The notes under the pieces: generated by a model
Database searches by the model: none
What the model saw: the letters and a program-made list of their open reading frames with translations, nothing else
What the model was told of the DNA's origin: nothing
Assembly: GCF_018350175.1 (NCBI RefSeq)
Contig: NC_058374.1
Coordinates: 83,328,001-83,392,000 of the forward strand
Reading direction: 5' to 3'
Source: Felis catus
Taxonomy: Eukaryota
Length of the DNA: 64,000 bases
Shown here: positions 13,446-24,491 of the stretch, in pieces
How the letters are laid out: each line of letters starts with the position of its first letter
Position numbering within the stretch: position 1 is the stretch's first letter
Program-made: the position numbers and the translations under genes

Positions 13446-15846
13446 ATGGCCAGGGAGGCTGTTTCTGAAAGCAGAAAGATGGAGGGGCTCCGGGCCTGGG
13501 TCTTGGGAGGTGATACTCAGGTCACCAATGAGGAGCCCCCACTGCATTCCAGGCAGACCCAGCTCTCACCCTCACTTGGTGACCGGACAAATGGACAAAG
13601 TTAATGGCAGAAGACACATCAGCTCCCCCAGGGCTGGGCCCCCTTGGGCATTTCTTTTTACCTCGAAGGCTAAGCACACACTAGGGGATCTAGTAATCTG
13701 AGAAGCCCAGAGGGGATAGTGGAAGGAAGGGATTATGAAGTCAACTGACACAGTGGCTAATTGGATGTACAGAGGTAGGGGAGACCAGGAGTCAGGGGGA
13801 TTTTAATATACTGGGGTTGATAACGGGTAGAACCACAAGTGGCAAGAGAATTCAGAGGCAGGAGACGAGAGAGTTCTGACATGAACATCATTGAGATGAG
13901 GTCCAGCCAGATGATAGGGGCAGGTCATGAGTTCCCTGGGCAGCTGCAGGAATGGCCTGGGGCCAACTCCTTGGCTCCAAGAAGAAGACTGGAATAAGAG
14001 ACTTGGAAAAGTCTCAAGGTCAGGACTTGGAGGGGAGGGAGAAATTCCAGGAAATGGGGCAAAGAACTCACAAAAGTTAGGAGGGAAGCTGCTAAAGAAG
14101 AAGAAATAAGGAGATGAGACAGAGGAGCCTAAGATTCAGGGACAGAAGGATGTTGGGGTCTATGGTGGCTCTTGAATAAACCTCTAGAGTCACCATTCCC
14201 CAAGATGAGCCTAGTCACCAACTCATCCTGAGGGACTGGCGGCCAGCCACCCACACTTTCCCTGTTCAAAGAGTCTGAAAGAAATGGGGCCACAAATTTC
14301 CTAGGGTGAAGAGACAAGGATGCATCTCTATGCTGTGTGCTATCTACCAAGGTTGGTAAGCCCCAGAATCAAATAAAGCAGGTGTCACCTCAAGAAAGAC
14401 CAGAGAGGTTGGTCATTCTATAACAAGGGTGGTAGGAGTGAGAGGTAAGATCAAGGACACACCCCTAAGGTGCTGATCCAAACCCCGTGTGGGACAGAGG
14501 TGGGAAGCAGTGGAGGCAAACCCCAACTATGGCATACCAAGCCCAAGGCACAACGCATACACTCAGTCTGGGAGGCACCTCCTAACTCTGCCCTCTGGGT
14601 AAGTGAACAGGGAAATTTTGGCTAGGGGAAGCCAGACAAGGTCACTCAAGGGCTGAAGAGCCCCAGGGGTATCCCAATCCTTGAGAAGACAGGTGACATA
14701 CAGGGATTGTCTATGGATTTAGAAAGGGATGACTTGGAACTGCTCCAACACAGGACCGGGCCTGACCCACCATCGCATGGGCCTCTCTGCTGACTGATGG
14801 TCAAGGAAATGCTCTCCTGGGTTCAAACTCCCAACACCCAAAAAAGCAGGTCACGCAGTGGAGGGCTGCAGGACCACACAGAAGTGTTCTTTCCCTAGGG
14901 CTAGAAATGCCCCACTCTCAGATGACAGGTCTCCCTGCTATGTGGGCACCTGAGGCTGACAGGTCAGGCTGGTGGTTGAACTCCACCCACATGTCTGTTC
15001 ACTAGTATCCTCAGCAGAGAGGGGCCTTCAGCTCCTCCAGGCCATCTCCAGCCCCTACTACAGGGTGAGAATGAATGACACTGCCACATCTGACCTCGCT
15101 TTCTGTTTTCACCAAGAACACTGATATTCTACAGTATCAGGTCCCCCTAAGGTCTCCATAGCCTCAGTTTGAAACTGAGGGAAGAAAATTAAGGCACCTG
15201 ATGAGGCAGCTCCCGGCACCAATTTGTCCTCAGCCAAGGAATCTACATCACTTTGTTCAATGTGTTCTCTGTTCAGTTCATACTCAGAACATCATCAGAA
15301 CAGTGGAGATGTAGAGAGTTGTGGTCTCGGGAAATGCTGGGTAATTAAGGGAATCCCTGCCCAGTATATAGTAGGTGCTCAACAAAGGTTAGCAGAAAAC
15401 AACAGACTGGGGTCCAGAAGTGACTCTTACTGTCCTCCACCATAGGATGTGAGAAAGGGGATCTGGGCTGGGGAACCTAGGGATGGCTGCAGATGGGGAG
15501 CATAACTCTAAAAGAGGGGACAAAGAGGGCTGTGGAGAGGTTACTGTTGAGGGGAGAGGCTGATGTCCCCAGGAAAGGGACTGGAGTCTGCCAGTGCCTC
15601 AGCAACTTCTCTTTGTCTATCCATCCTTGGGTCTTCCTGTGACACCGTGTTACTTGAAAAATCCTGGAAAAGAAACATTAGCCTCCCACCCCACTTCTTT
15701 GGAAAGAAGAGTGATCCATCTCCCCTCTTAAAATCCCACCCCCATGATCTCCATGAAGGCACCTGACTCCTTCTCTTATGGATTCATATCCCACCACTCC
15801 CCAAGGCCACAGTTCCAATCACTGGATCTAGGTAAACTTATCAATT

Positions 15847-15852
15847 TTTATT
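15847..15852 (-). promoter_or_regulatory. RDH16: Candidate RDH16 polyadenylation signal (AATAAA)
   Basis: First minus-strand AATAAA I found downstream of the stop at 16488. Confidence 0.5.
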
Positions 15853-16487
15853 TTAAGGCAAAAATGATCAATGGACATCAAGGTTTCAAGACAACTCAAC
15901 AACTGGTTTATTTCTGTATCCTCTGTCATGATTCCAATTACAGACATGTCCTTTCAGCCAGGGTCTGTGAATTGGCACCTCAGGTTGATGGGTCAGGCTG
16001 GTGGTTGCCATCCACATCTCCATCCCTGTCAGAGGTATCTTCAGTGGAAAGGGGCATTAACTCCCCCAGGCCATGTCCATCCTGTAGGAGGGGGACACTG
16101 GACAGAAGCAAGGCACACCTTGAGTACGGGGACAGAAGCAGAGCAGGTGGGGGCTGAGCCCCTCCCTGCTGCTAACACGCTGCCAAGAATGGATTCCTCA
16201 AGTGGCAGGAGGGCCAAAAGACTCCAAGCCTTGAGAGGTCATTCAAGGAACAGGGTATGGTTGTGTGCTATTGGGTCCCTGTTCCTCAATCACAAAACTT
16301 GTGACTTTCCTCCTAATATTCCTAGAGTGCTAATGTCCAGGAAGTCTGGGGAGGAGGCGAGGAGGAAGTTGAGATGGGTGCCCCTGGTGACACAAGACCC
16401 CCCCCTCCACTGTATTTCCCTCCCCCTGAGGGATTCCCACCCTCACACAGTACCCAGCTCCCTCCTACCATGCACCCCAGTCTGGGG

Positions 16488-16705
16488 TTACAGAGCCTTG
16501 ATGGGTCTTTGAGACATCCAGTAGATCATGGCATCCACCAGTAAGGTAGGCATGTAACTCATGGGGAGGTAGAAGAGCTTGGCATCCCAGCCAGATGAGT
16601 ATCGAGTGCGGGGGTGGCAGGCTGTTAGGGCATGTTCCACGCAGTTTGTCACCAAGTACAGATTGTTGCAACATGTTGACTTCAACTTTTTCACTGATTT
16701 CTTGA
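16488..16705 (-). CDS. RDH16: RDH16 exon 4 (218 nt, includes stop)
   Basis: AG 16707-16706; VKKSVKKLKSTCCNNLYLVTNCVEHALTACHPRTRYSSGWDAKLFYLPMSYMPTLLVDAMIYWMSQRPIKAL*. Exons sum 313+259+164+218=954 nt = 317 aa + stop. Confidence 0.93.
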
Positions 16706-17252
16706 CTATCCAAAGGGAACAACATATCGTCACGTTTTAATCTTGCTTTGGGATCAACTTGAGAGAAGTTTCTAAAAGCACCCCACCTCTCCCCACTCAT
16801 CTCCAGGTTGAATCCATGGATTTCATCGGAGTGTGTCCCGACTCCTTCCCACAGGAACACTCTCCACACTACGCCCCCTCTGGCTCTATTCCTGGGAATA
16901 TGTGCTCCGCAGAAACTGAGGTCTCTACAAACACTAGAAATGTAAGCACCTGAAAACCAGCTGGCTAATGCCAGCTTGTCAGGAATCCATACATTCTTCC
17001 CTCTCTGGCTTCAGTTTCCTCCCCAAATAATGAGGGCATTAGAGGAAAGCGTGGCCCCTAGGTCTAACAAGCCTGGCTCTTCCTGAGGTCAGCAGGTGGC
17101 CACACGGGACCATGGGGATGGAGTTAAACGTCCCCACTGTGTGGGCTGAGTCAGAGCCTGGAGGCCTGACCCAGTCTGTAGGAGGAGCTGGGATGGGCTC
17201 AGGCTGCCCACAAGGGTTTGTCTCCCTTCCCCCCAGTCCACAGCTCACTCAC

Positions 17253-17416
17253 CAGATGCCAGGAACTTCTCCCCATAGATCCCCTTGACCTCTGGGCTGG
17301 CCTGATCCCATGCTTCCTGGATGGCCCTAGAAATCTTCTCAGAGTTGGTTACTCCAGTGTTGAAGAAACCAGGCTCAATCACAGCCACCTTCACCCCAAA
17401 GTAGGAGAGCTCCCTC
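17253..17416 (-). CDS. RDH16: RDH16 exon 3 (164 nt)
   Basis: RELSYFGVKVAVIEPGFFNTGVTNSEKISRAIQEAWDQASPEVKGIYGEKFLAS; canonical AG/GT. Confidence 0.95.
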
Positions 17417-18262
17417 CTGCAAGACAGACAGGCAGAGGGCAAGGACGTCAGAAGGCTCGGGGACAAAACACAACAAACAAACCCGATATACACCTAACTT
17501 GGGATTGGGGTGGGATAAACTCAAAAGCTCGGACAGGTTCCAAGAGCAGCATCCAGGGGGAGAAAATAATGATGATGTATCTCTGCATAAGGTGTGCACA
17601 TGTTTTCCAGTACTGTCCACATGCGTGCTGGCTAGCTCACATCCTACCTCTTCTGCTGTGAAGCACCACTTACATGCCATCTTTTCCTATTTCCCTTCAC
17701 ATCCAATCCATCTCCAGACTTTGCCCATTTTACCTCCTGTACCCTGCTCCCTCGTCTGCCTTCTGTCCTCTGAGGAACATCTCTGCCTACATCTCAGATC
17801 CCCGACACCCAGAGCCAACCTCTGCCCTGTGGCCAGTGGGTTCTCCGGAGGCTGATTTGACCACGTTGCTCTCCTGAGTAAATCCCTTCCACTGGGTCCT
17901 GATGCCAATAGCAAGAAGGTTTGCAGCCTGTCCGGGGCCCCCGTGTCTCCTTGAGCCCACCTGCCCAGCATCCCCTCTGCCTGACCAGGCCTTGTCCACT
18001 AGCCTAGAGGACCCCACAACATAGGCCGTCAGCCATTACTCACCCTGGGCTTGGGCTCGAGTCGTTCCCTCATACAGGAGGCCTTCTGACCCTACTTTGC
18101 CAGGTTTACAAGTTCATTTCTTCAATCCTCAGCTCAGGCCATTCTCTAAGACTCTCCGCTTGTTCCACTGGCCACCACCACCACCACCACCACAGCTAGC
18201 TAAGTTAGTCACAACCATCGTGATAGATGGTCACAGCATTTGTGTCTCTCTTGTCCCTTTCT

Positions 18263-18498
18263 TTTTTTTTTTTTTTAATTTTTTTTTTCAACGTTTTTAT
18301 TTATTTTTTTTTGGGACAGAGAGAGACAAAGCATGAACGGGGGAGGGGCAGAGAGAGAGGGAGACACAGAATCGGAAACAGGCTCCAGGCTCCCGAGCCA
18401 TCAGCCCAGAGCCTGACGCGGGGCTCGAACTCACGGACCGCGAGATCGTGACCTGGCTGAAGTCGGACGCTTAACCGACTGCGCCACCCAGGCGCCCC
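18263..18498 (-). mobile_element. Very young Felis-type Can-SINE in RDH16 intron 2
   Basis: CpGs retained; young-subfamily diagnostics (gactgcgcc, aatcggaaacagg, gggacag, caacgttttt); perfect 16-bp TSD tctcttgtccctttct (18247-18262, 18499-18514). Confidence 0.95.
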
Positions 18499-18697
18499 TC
18501 TCTTGTCCCTTTCTCAGCTGTAAGACATTTTAGGTCAGGGACCTCGTCTTGTCCTCAGACACATTTGTGTGTGCTCACAGAAATGCCGAGAAGCATCTTG
18601 TTGAACTGAGTCAAATGCTGGACCTCCATGTCGAGGGCCCCCTGAAGCTGAATATTATAGGAATTATGGACATGAGCTCTGTAGCCAAATGATCTCA

Positions 18698-19225
<528 letters not shown>

Positions 19226-19510
19226 TTACAGGGTAGGGAGAGAGCAACATCGTGTGCCTGAGTGAGACACGACTGTGGTTCCAAGTCACCTTCCAATCCA
19301 CTTTTTTTTTTTTTTTACCACATCAACAACATCTACATGTATAAAGGAAAAGGGTGCAAGAGAGGAAGTGAGAATGAAGTGACTACGGGGCATCAGCATT
19401 TGCACGCACACTGAGCTATTGGACCGCAGGGATGTTCCTTCTCAACTTGCTGCTCCTCAGTGCCTGGCATACCAGGGGCAATAAGCCCAGCTTCGTTAAG
19501 AGTGTGCCCA

Positions 19511-19690
19511 GGTGCACCCGGATGGCTCAGTCAGTTAAGCGTCTGACTCTTGATTTCAGCTGAGGTCATCATCTCACGATTTGTGAGGTCGAGCCCCGCA
19601 TCGGGCTCTGTGCTGACAGTGTGGAGCCTGCTTGGGGTTCTCTCTCTGTCCCTCCCCCACCGGCTCATGTTCTCATTCTCTTTCTAAAAA

Positions 19691-19729
<39 letters not shown>

Positions 19730-19762
19730 CCATTAAAAAGTATTTTTAAAAAAGAAAAAAAA
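19511..19762 (+). mobile_element. Can-SINE with (CA)n in tail, RDH16 intron 1
   Basis: ggatggctcagtcagttaagcgtctgactcttgatttcagc head; (CA)n at 19690-19726. Confidence 0.85.
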
Positions 19763-20385
19763 AGGATTTGACAATGAAAATGCTGATCATAGGATACATA
19801 ACTATGTAACTGACTCCGGAAACTGACATTTGGAAAATCTCCTTTTATCTTTATCATCTTCTATGTTGTATACAAGGAGCATGTTTTACATTTTTAATCA
19901 CAAAAAAGACATCAATGATGTCTTCTTTTCTGAAAAGGGCAGGCAGCATAATAGAGGGGGAAGAATAGGACCCCTCACCCACATTTGACCAAAAGTCCCT
20001 TCAGCTCCCTCATAAGCCTCAGTGTCCTCATAAGTTAAGTGGGGCTGATCTTAAAGCCCTGCAGAGGGCCCATTGGGAAGGAACCAACAAGAAAATGTGT
20101 ATCTGCTGAGATCAGGAGCCTGGGTCTAGCCTGGCTCAGCCCCACGCTGCCCCGTAGCAAACCTCAGTGTCCTAACACCTCCTCAGACTATTGGCCCTAA
20201 ACTCAGGCTGGGCTCATTTAACCCTGGGCTCAGACTCAGGCACTCAGGCCTTCTGCTCAGGAAACTCCAAAGCTTGAGGCTTCGAAAATCAAAACATCCT
20301 GGGAATCTTCCCAGTTAGCAGAAGAGAGGTCTCCCTTGCATAGAGAGAAGCAACAAAGAGGCACAAACAGGAATCTGGGCAGTAC

Positions 20386-20698
20386 CTCCGTCACCCACAC
20401 GCTCCTTCACCCACTCGGTGGCCGCAGAGATGCTCTCTGTCTTGGTGACATCCAGGATCACCGTCTCCAGCCTGTCTGACGTCTGGTCTCTCAGCTGCTC
20501 TGCCCCCTTCTCCGTCAGACACGCGGCCAGTACCCTCAAGCCTCGCAGGTCCAGCTGCCTGGCCAGCAGGTTCCCGAAGCCCGAGTCACAGCCCGTGATG
20601 AAGACGTACTTGTCTCGGAGGTTGCTCACCACCTGCCTCTCCCGGTACCAGCGCAGGAGGTAGTACAGGCCCACGAGGGCCGCCAGGTACAGCCACAT
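20386..20698 (-). CDS. RDH16: RDH16 exon 1 coding part (313 nt)
   Basis: ATG at 20698; [42 protein letters not shown]..., hydrophobic anchor plus TGxxxGxG; GT 20385-20384. Lies between SDR9C7 and GPR182 as in human. Confidence 0.93.
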
Positions 20699-22110
20699 GG
20701 CTTTGTGGGGAACACACAGGCTGAAATGAAACAAGAGTGTAGCTGGTGTTCAGACAGGATGACTTAGGAACACACAAGGTGTGAGTAGCGGGCCAGCCGC
20801 CAGGCTGTCTGACATGGAGTCCTCAAGTTCTTCCTGGTCACTGCCTTTAGTGAGTACTCTTGATTCCGGCCTCAACTGGCATGCTCTTCGGTACACTAAT
20901 GCTGTTTCTACTAGATGCCATTGGATTTCACAAAGAATCCTTTGACATGAGGATACTTTTCTCAGTCACCTTCTCCTGGTCCTTCTACTCCTCCCATTTT
21001 CCTCTGCCCACCTACTCCCTCATACACCCCCCCAACCCCCCCCCCCCACACACACACACACTGGAATCCCCTATGTCCTAAATCTCATGGTTCAGAACTG
21101 TCTTCTTACTTTGTTCCTGTTCGAGGCTGTACCTCTGGTCTCCCTGACCTTCTGGAGATTCTTATGAAGAAGATATATACATTGCGAATCGAGACACATG
21201 TGGTTTCAACACCCAGGTTTGCTACCAACCAGCTGTGTGACCTTGGCTGCCAGCTTATGCTATGAACCAGGGTTTCCTTATCTGAGCCAGATAAGAATTC
21301 AGAATTCATTTCTGAGAAGACTAAGTCATTGTCACTCTCACTGAGATCGGAGAAGGCAAAATGTTTAAGGAATAGATTCCCTCCAGATACAGTATTTCTC
21401 TGGGGCAGAAAGGTGTTCAGGAGACTAAAGGGGTGTCTGATATCGGAGGCAAAGTTGGGGGAGAAGGGAATGAAGGTGGGCACACGCAGGAGAGAGACTG
21501 TTCCCAGTTGCTGGGAACGTTGAAAGGAAGCACTTCAGCAAAGCGGGGCTCACAGCTGCTACCCTTTCAGCAGGCCCCGGTGCCTGCCTGCATTGCCCTC
21601 TGCCCCTCCCACATCCAGAATTTCAGACACAGACTCGGAAGGCAGAAAAGACTGGCTTGCACAGGACCTAAAACCTCACGCAAGCAGTGAGGGCTGTAAG
21701 CCCCATAACTGCAGAAGTATCCCCCAGCAGGTGAAAAGGACAGAAAGGGGTACAGATTAAGCCTTTAGTTGAAACTGTTATGTGCAGAGAGGTGACTGTA
21801 GTCCTGAAAGCATTTATCTCTTAAGGCGGGAAGCGGTGGCAGCCTGGCAAGGCCTGGTCCTGCAGAGCCTCACCTGTTTCTGCTTCCTGGGGGTCACTGC
21901 CAGGACCCTCCTAACAAGGGCTTCCTCAAGGGCAGTGGAGAAGAAGGCAAGGAGGAAGGAAGGAGCCCTGGAAACTCTCAGCGACCCAAAGAGACACGTA
22001 TGTCCAAACCCCATTAAGGGATAAGGCCGTGTTTCTTTACTTGTGAGGAATTGGAGATTTTTTTCTCAGTAACCACAGATTCCTTCAAACATCAACTTTC
22101 AAGGGGCCAC

Positions 22111-22242
22111 GTGGCAGAGACACCTCCCAGCCCTCAGCACCTGCTGTTTCACTCTTGTAAAGCCTCAAAACAACGTGTGGCAGAGACACCTCCCAGCCCT
22201 CAGCACCTGCTGTTTCACTCTTGTAAAGCCTCAAAACAACGT
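22111..22242. repeat. Perfect 66-bp tandem duplication (2 copies)
   Basis: 22111-22176 is identical to 22177-22242. Confidence 0.97.
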
Positions 22243-22546
22243 GACCGCCTGTCAGCGGTGCCAGGAGCTTCGGAGTTCATTTCTCTGAAATCACAGGAAG
22301 TTCAGAGAGGATAGTAAGAGAAAGAGGCTGGGGTGCCACTCACTTACCTGGGAGCTGTGGGGCCCAGAACGAGAAACCCCGCAGGGGCGCCAAGGGAATG
22401 GAGACTCGCTGCTGCGGATCTCTGCGCTGAGATCCTGCACAGGACGTCCAGACGCTGAGATCCCCACGCACGTCCCCGAAAAGGGGCAACTCTGCCAGAT
22501 TCCCCAGACTGCACCTGTAACCGAGCGCGCGCTGGAGCGGAGGCGC

Positions 22547-22560
22547 GCGCCCCCTGGTGG
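22547..22560 (-). promoter_or_regulatory. CTCF consensus core CCACCAGGGGGCGC in a small CpG-rich patch (~22370-22640)
   Basis: + strand gcgccccctggtgg is an exact reverse match to the CTCF core. Confidence 0.7.
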
Positions 22561-23241
22561 TGCCCTGCCGAAACTCAGCGAGACCGCCTTCCCGTGGGCG
22601 CGTCCCTAACCCTCTTCTCCACCGGGTGTGGATCTTCTGAAGAGGGGAGCCATAGGTGATGGAAAAGGGAGCTGGAAAGGACAGGGAGTAGGTACCAATT
22701 GTGCAACTTGTTTCCAGGCCTACAGGTAGGCAGCTTCCACTATCTGGAGTGGGAACGCAAAAATGCAGAGACACATCTGTGCCTTCACTGTGAGGATCTG
22801 ACGCAGGGATGTCATCGGAGTGTGTCCCGACTCCTTCCCACAGGAACACTCTCCACACTACGCCCCCTCTGGCTCTATTCCTGGGAATATGTGCTCCGCA
22901 GAAACTGAGGTCTCTACAAACACTAGAAATGTAAGCACCTGAAAACCAGCTGGCTAATGCCAGCTTGTCAGGAATCCATACATTCTTCCCTCTCTGGCTT
23001 CAGTTTCCTCCCCAAATAATGAGGGCATTAGAGGAAAGCGTGGCCCCTAGGTCTAACAAGCCTGGCTCTTCCTGAGGTCAGCAGGTGGCCACATGGGACC
23101 ATGGGGATGGAGTTAAATGTCCCCACTGTGTGGGCTGAGTCAGAGCCTGGAGGCCTGACCCAGTCTGTAGGAGGAGCTGGGATGGGCTCAGGCTGCCCAC
23201 AAGGGTTTGTCTCCCTTCCCCCCAGTCCACAGCTCACTCAC

Positions 23242-23405
23242 CAGATGCCAGGAACTTCTCCCCATAGATCCCCTTGACCTCTGGGCTGGCCTGATCCCAT
23301 GCTTCCTGGATGGCCCTAGAAATCTTCTCAGAGTTGGTTACTCCAGTGTTGAAGAAACCAGGCTCAATCACAGCCACCTTCACCCCAGAGTAGGAGAGCT
23401 CCCTC
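23242..23405 (-). pseudogene. Duplicated RDH16 exon 3' (164 nt; F>S change; splice sites intact)
   Basis: Near-identical to 17253-17416. Part of block 22812-23467, which matches 16823-17477. No exon 2' or exon 4' counterpart found. Confidence 0.88.
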
Positions 23406-23686
23406 CTGCAAGGCAGACAGGCAGAGGGGCAAGGACGTCACAAGGCTCCGGGACAAAACACAACAAAAAAGTTTGCCAAGACATCGTTTATACTGAATAT
23501 GATGAATAAAATGCAGGAAACAATTTCATAGAATACCATGAGGTGTTGTTAAAGTGCTGAGAACAGAACCTGGCTCCAGCAATGCCCCCAGCCACCAAAG
23601 CAAGCATTCAGGCTGGGTCCCCTGTCTCAACTCCTCCTCCAGAAAGTGAGTCTTCCTAGTCACTCAGCATCAAGAAATCCAGAACC

Positions 23687-23903
23687 GGGGCGCCTGGGTG
23701 ACTCAGTCGGGCGTCCAACTTCGGCTCAGGTCATGATCTCACGGTTTGTGAGTTTGAGCCCCGCGTCGGGCTCTATGCTGACAGCTCAGAGCCTGGAGCC
23801 TGCTTCGAATTCTGTGTCTCCCTGTCTCTCTGCCCCTCCCCCACTCATGCTCTGTCTCTCAAAGAATGAATAAACATTTAAAAAATTCTTAAAAAAAAAA
23901 AAA
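23687..23903 (+). mobile_element. Can-SINE (feline)
   Basis: ggggcgcctgggtgactcag head; 15-bp TSD aagaaatccagaacc (23672-23686, 23904-23918). Confidence 0.93.
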
Positions 23904-24178
23904 AAGAAATCCAGAACCTCTGCTGAGAGAGGAGGAATTCGGGGAGGGCACATCTTCATCACGGCACCCTCTCCCCAAAACTCCAGAGCTCCAAGGTCTC
24001 AAGGTGGGGGGCAGTGGAGAAGGAAGACCCTCTTCTGATAAGCTGGGTGAGGCAAAGAAAGCTAGTATGACTTCAAGTTCTGGAAAACATCCTGGGAATC
24101 TTCCGAGTTAGCAGAAAAAAGGTCTCCCTTGCATAGAGAGAAGCAACAAAGAGGCACAAACAGGAATCTGGGCAGTAC

Positions 24179-24491
24179 CTCTGTCTCCCACATGCTCCTT
24201 CACCCACTCGGTGGCCACAGAGATGCTCTCTGTCTTGGTGACATCCAGGATCACCGTCTCCAGCCTGTCTGACGTCTGGTCTCTCAGCTGCTCTGCCCCC
24301 TTCTCCGTCAGACACGCAGCCAGTACCCTCAAGCCTCGCAGGTCCAGCTGCCTGGCCAGCAGTTTCCCGAAGCCCGAGTCACAGCCCGTGATGAAGACGT
24401 ACTTGTCTCGGAGGTCGCTCACCACCTGCCTCTCCCGGTACCAGCGCAGGAGGTAGTACAGGCCCACGAGGGCCACCAGGTACAGCCACAT
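24179..24491 (-). CDS. Duplicated RDH16 exon 1' (intact ORF, ATG and GT donor): partial paralog or alternative first exon
   Basis: 8 nt differences from 20386-20698 (6 non-synonymous: A6V, N26D, N43K, A92V, R100H, G104R); TGCDSGFG intact. Functional status unknown. Confidence 0.65.

Noticed and set aside
14855-14890. Short similarity to 21685-21720 (gcagt.gagggctg.a.g.cc)
   Set aside because: Too short and gapped to separate from chance by eye.
15871-16512. 213-aa plus-strand ORF
   Set aside because: Antisense to the RDH16 3'UTR; no homology signal or exon context.
22051-22314. ORF with a repeated 22-aa peptide (VAETPPSPQHLLFHSCKASKQR x2)
   Set aside because: Simply the 66-bp DNA duplication read in frame; non-ATG start.
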